Shown piece by piece: positions 50,086 to 54,063 of a stretch of DNA of 54,063 nucleotides; positions within the stretch are counted from its first letter, which is position 1; each line of letters opens with the position of its first letter. The position numbers and the translations under genes were made by a program. Source of the stretch: Gaiellales bacterium. Lineage in GTDB: Bacteria; Actinomycetota; Thermoleophilia; Gaiellales; F1-60-MAGs149. Where the stretch lies: contig JBILWG010000001.1 of NCBI GenBank assembly GCA_044369995.1, forward strand, positions 1 through 54,063, written 5' to 3'. Under the pieces are notes generated by a model, which did not search any database, had not been told where the DNA came from, and was given only the letters and a program-made list of their open reading frames with translations.

Positions 50086-50094
50086 TGGTAGGGT
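50086..50094 (+). promoter_or_regulatory. Candidate extended -10 (TGGTAGGGT) for a leaderless secA mRNA
   Basis: TGn plus TAGGGT ends 7 nt before the A of the secA ATG (50102). No Shine-Dalgarno in the interval. The 12-mer GGCTGGTAGGGT recurs at 53959-53970 upstream of the last ORF. Confidence 0.35.
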
Positions 50095-50101
50095 TCGAGC
50101 A

Positions 50102-52804
<2,703 letters not shown>

Positions 52805-52814
52805 CGCGCCTGAG

Positions 52815-53940
52815 GTGCTGTCGGTTGACGACCTGTCGGCTGCCGTCGAGGAGTTGAGGGCCCGCCTGGTGTGGGTCCGTGAGTACCTTTGACCCGGCTC
52901 AGCTGACATCGCGTCTCGCCGAACTGGATGACCTGATCGGATCCCCGGGGTTCTGGGACGATCAGGAGCGAGCTGTCAAGACCTCAGCCGAGCGTACGCG
53001 CGCGGCGCGCAAGCTCGAGCTCTACGAGACGCTGACGGCGGATGTCGATGACGCTGCCGACCTCGTCGGCATGCTCGGGGAGGCACCCGAGCTCGTCGAG
53101 GAGGTGACCGTGCAGGTGCGTGCGCTGGGCGGGCGCATCGACGAGCTGGAGGAGGGCGCGCTCTTCTCGGGCGAGTACGACGGCGGCCCGGCCGTCGTCA
53201 CGATCAGCGCCGGCGCCGGCGGGACCGACTCGATGGACTGGGCGGAGATGCTCCTGCGCATGTACCTGCGCTGGGCCGAGCGACGTGGGTTCACGACGGA
53301 GCTGCTGGAGGCCTCGCCGGGCGAGGAGGCGGGACTGAAGTCGGTGTCGCTGCTCGTCAACGGCGAGAACGCGTACGGCATCATGGGCGCGGAGAAGGGC
53401 GTGCACCGGCTGGTGCGCCTCTCGCCGTTCGACTCGGCGCACCGACGGCACACCGCATTCGCCCGCGTCGATGTCACGCCGTGGGTCGACGAGGACGTGG
53501 AGGTCGAGATCGACGAGGGCGACCTTCGCATCGATACGTACCGGGCTTCTGGCGCTGGGGGCCAGCACGTCAACAAGACCGACTCGGCCGTGCGCATCAC
53601 GCACCTTCCGACCGGCATCGTGGTGCAGTGCCAGAACGAGCGCTCCCAGACCTCGAATAAGCAGACGGCGATGCGCGTGCTCAAGAGTCGCCTGATCGAG
53701 CTCGAGCTGAAGCGACGAGAGGAGGAGTTGGCGAAGGCACGGGGAACGTCGCAGGACAACTCCTTTGGCAGTCAGATCCGCAGTTATGTCCTGCATCCGT
53801 ACACGATGGTCAACGACCACCGCACCAACCGGAAGGACGGCAACGTGCAAGCCGTACTCGATGGTGACCTCGATCCGTTCATCCGCGATTTCCTCCTCCG
53901 CCGCACCGCTGCGGACGGCGACGCCGTTGCAGAATCGTGA
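52815..53940 (+). CDS. prfB: Peptide chain release factor 2; expression requires a +1 programmed ribosomal frameshift at CTT TGA C (52887-52893)
   Basis: Frame 0 reads GTG 52815 (alternative GTG 52797) ...VREYL, then an in-frame TGA at 52890-52892. The +1 frame continues DPAQLTSRLAELDD... through SPF (RLSPFDS) and GGQ (SGAGGQHVN) to the stop at 53940. The junction parallels E. coli ...LRGYL|DYD... The ORF-track start at 52879 is an artefact. Confidence 0.93.
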
Positions 53941-53982
53941 TCGTGTCAGCCGATATCCGGCTGGTAGGGTGAGGTCGAGCGG

Positions 53983-54063
53983 ATGTTGAAGCGCGATACC
54001 CCATCGGATGCCCTGCGCACTCCCTACGGCCTCGATGATCCCGGGCCGGTGAGCATCGCGTCG
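53983..54063 (+). CDS. Hypothetical protein, 5' fragment running off the window
   Basis: ATG 53983 with GGTGAGG 9 nt upstream, and a TGGTAGGGT extended -10-like box at 53962-53970. Only 27 codons are visible, so no family assignment is possible. Confidence 0.3.
   Translation, partial: MLKRDTPSDALRTPYGLDDPGPVSIAS

Noticed and set aside
52879-53940. A stand-alone 353-aa prfB ORF starting at GTG 52879, as in the ORF track.
   Set aside because: That start lies inside the frameshift cassette. The upstream frame supplies the conserved RF2 N-terminal helix and ends at the canonical CTT TGA C site, so the frameshifted model is preferred.

Overview
The window is a 54-kb stretch of a very high-GC chromosome (roughly 70% G+C by eye, not computed). 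Gene content and order look actinobacterial; Thermoleophilia or Rubrobacteria-like is only a guess.

Almost everything is core housekeeping on the + strand:
- wecA and the F-type ATP synthase operon (atpZ/I-B-E-F-H-A-G ... D-C)
- metK, priA, frr, uppS, cdsA, dxr, an RseP-type S2P protease, ispG
- dnaE, scpA, scpB, rluB
- a translationally coupled aromatic amino acid, cmk, plsC and der block
- a cell-envelope sugar-nucleotide block (LCP, ugd, GDP-mannose pyrophosphorylase, SIS PGI/PMI-like)
- ahcY, mtnA, comF, hpf, secA and prfB

I recognised no rRNA, tRNA, CRISPR array, transposase, integrase or defence-type genes. I see no clear novel multi-gene system.

The non-routine signals are:
1. A dispersed intergenic repeat family of about 25 nt. 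Its largest member is a perfect 40-bp inverted repeat that fills the divergent promoter region upstream of dnaE.
2. An orphan solute-binding lipoprotein gene inserted between atpG and atpD.
3. An opposite-strand gene of unknown function wedged between hpf and secA.
4. A Sec-signal protein with a duplicated Ig-like module and RTX-type repeats.
5. The classical +1 programmed frameshift in prfB, which the ORF track hides.
6. Several TAnnnT boxes 6-8 nt upstream of start codons, suggesting leaderless mRNAs.

The many long ORFs of 100-1300 aa antisense to or out of frame with real genes are high-GC shadow ORFs (Arg/Gly/Pro-rich, low GC3). I did not call them.
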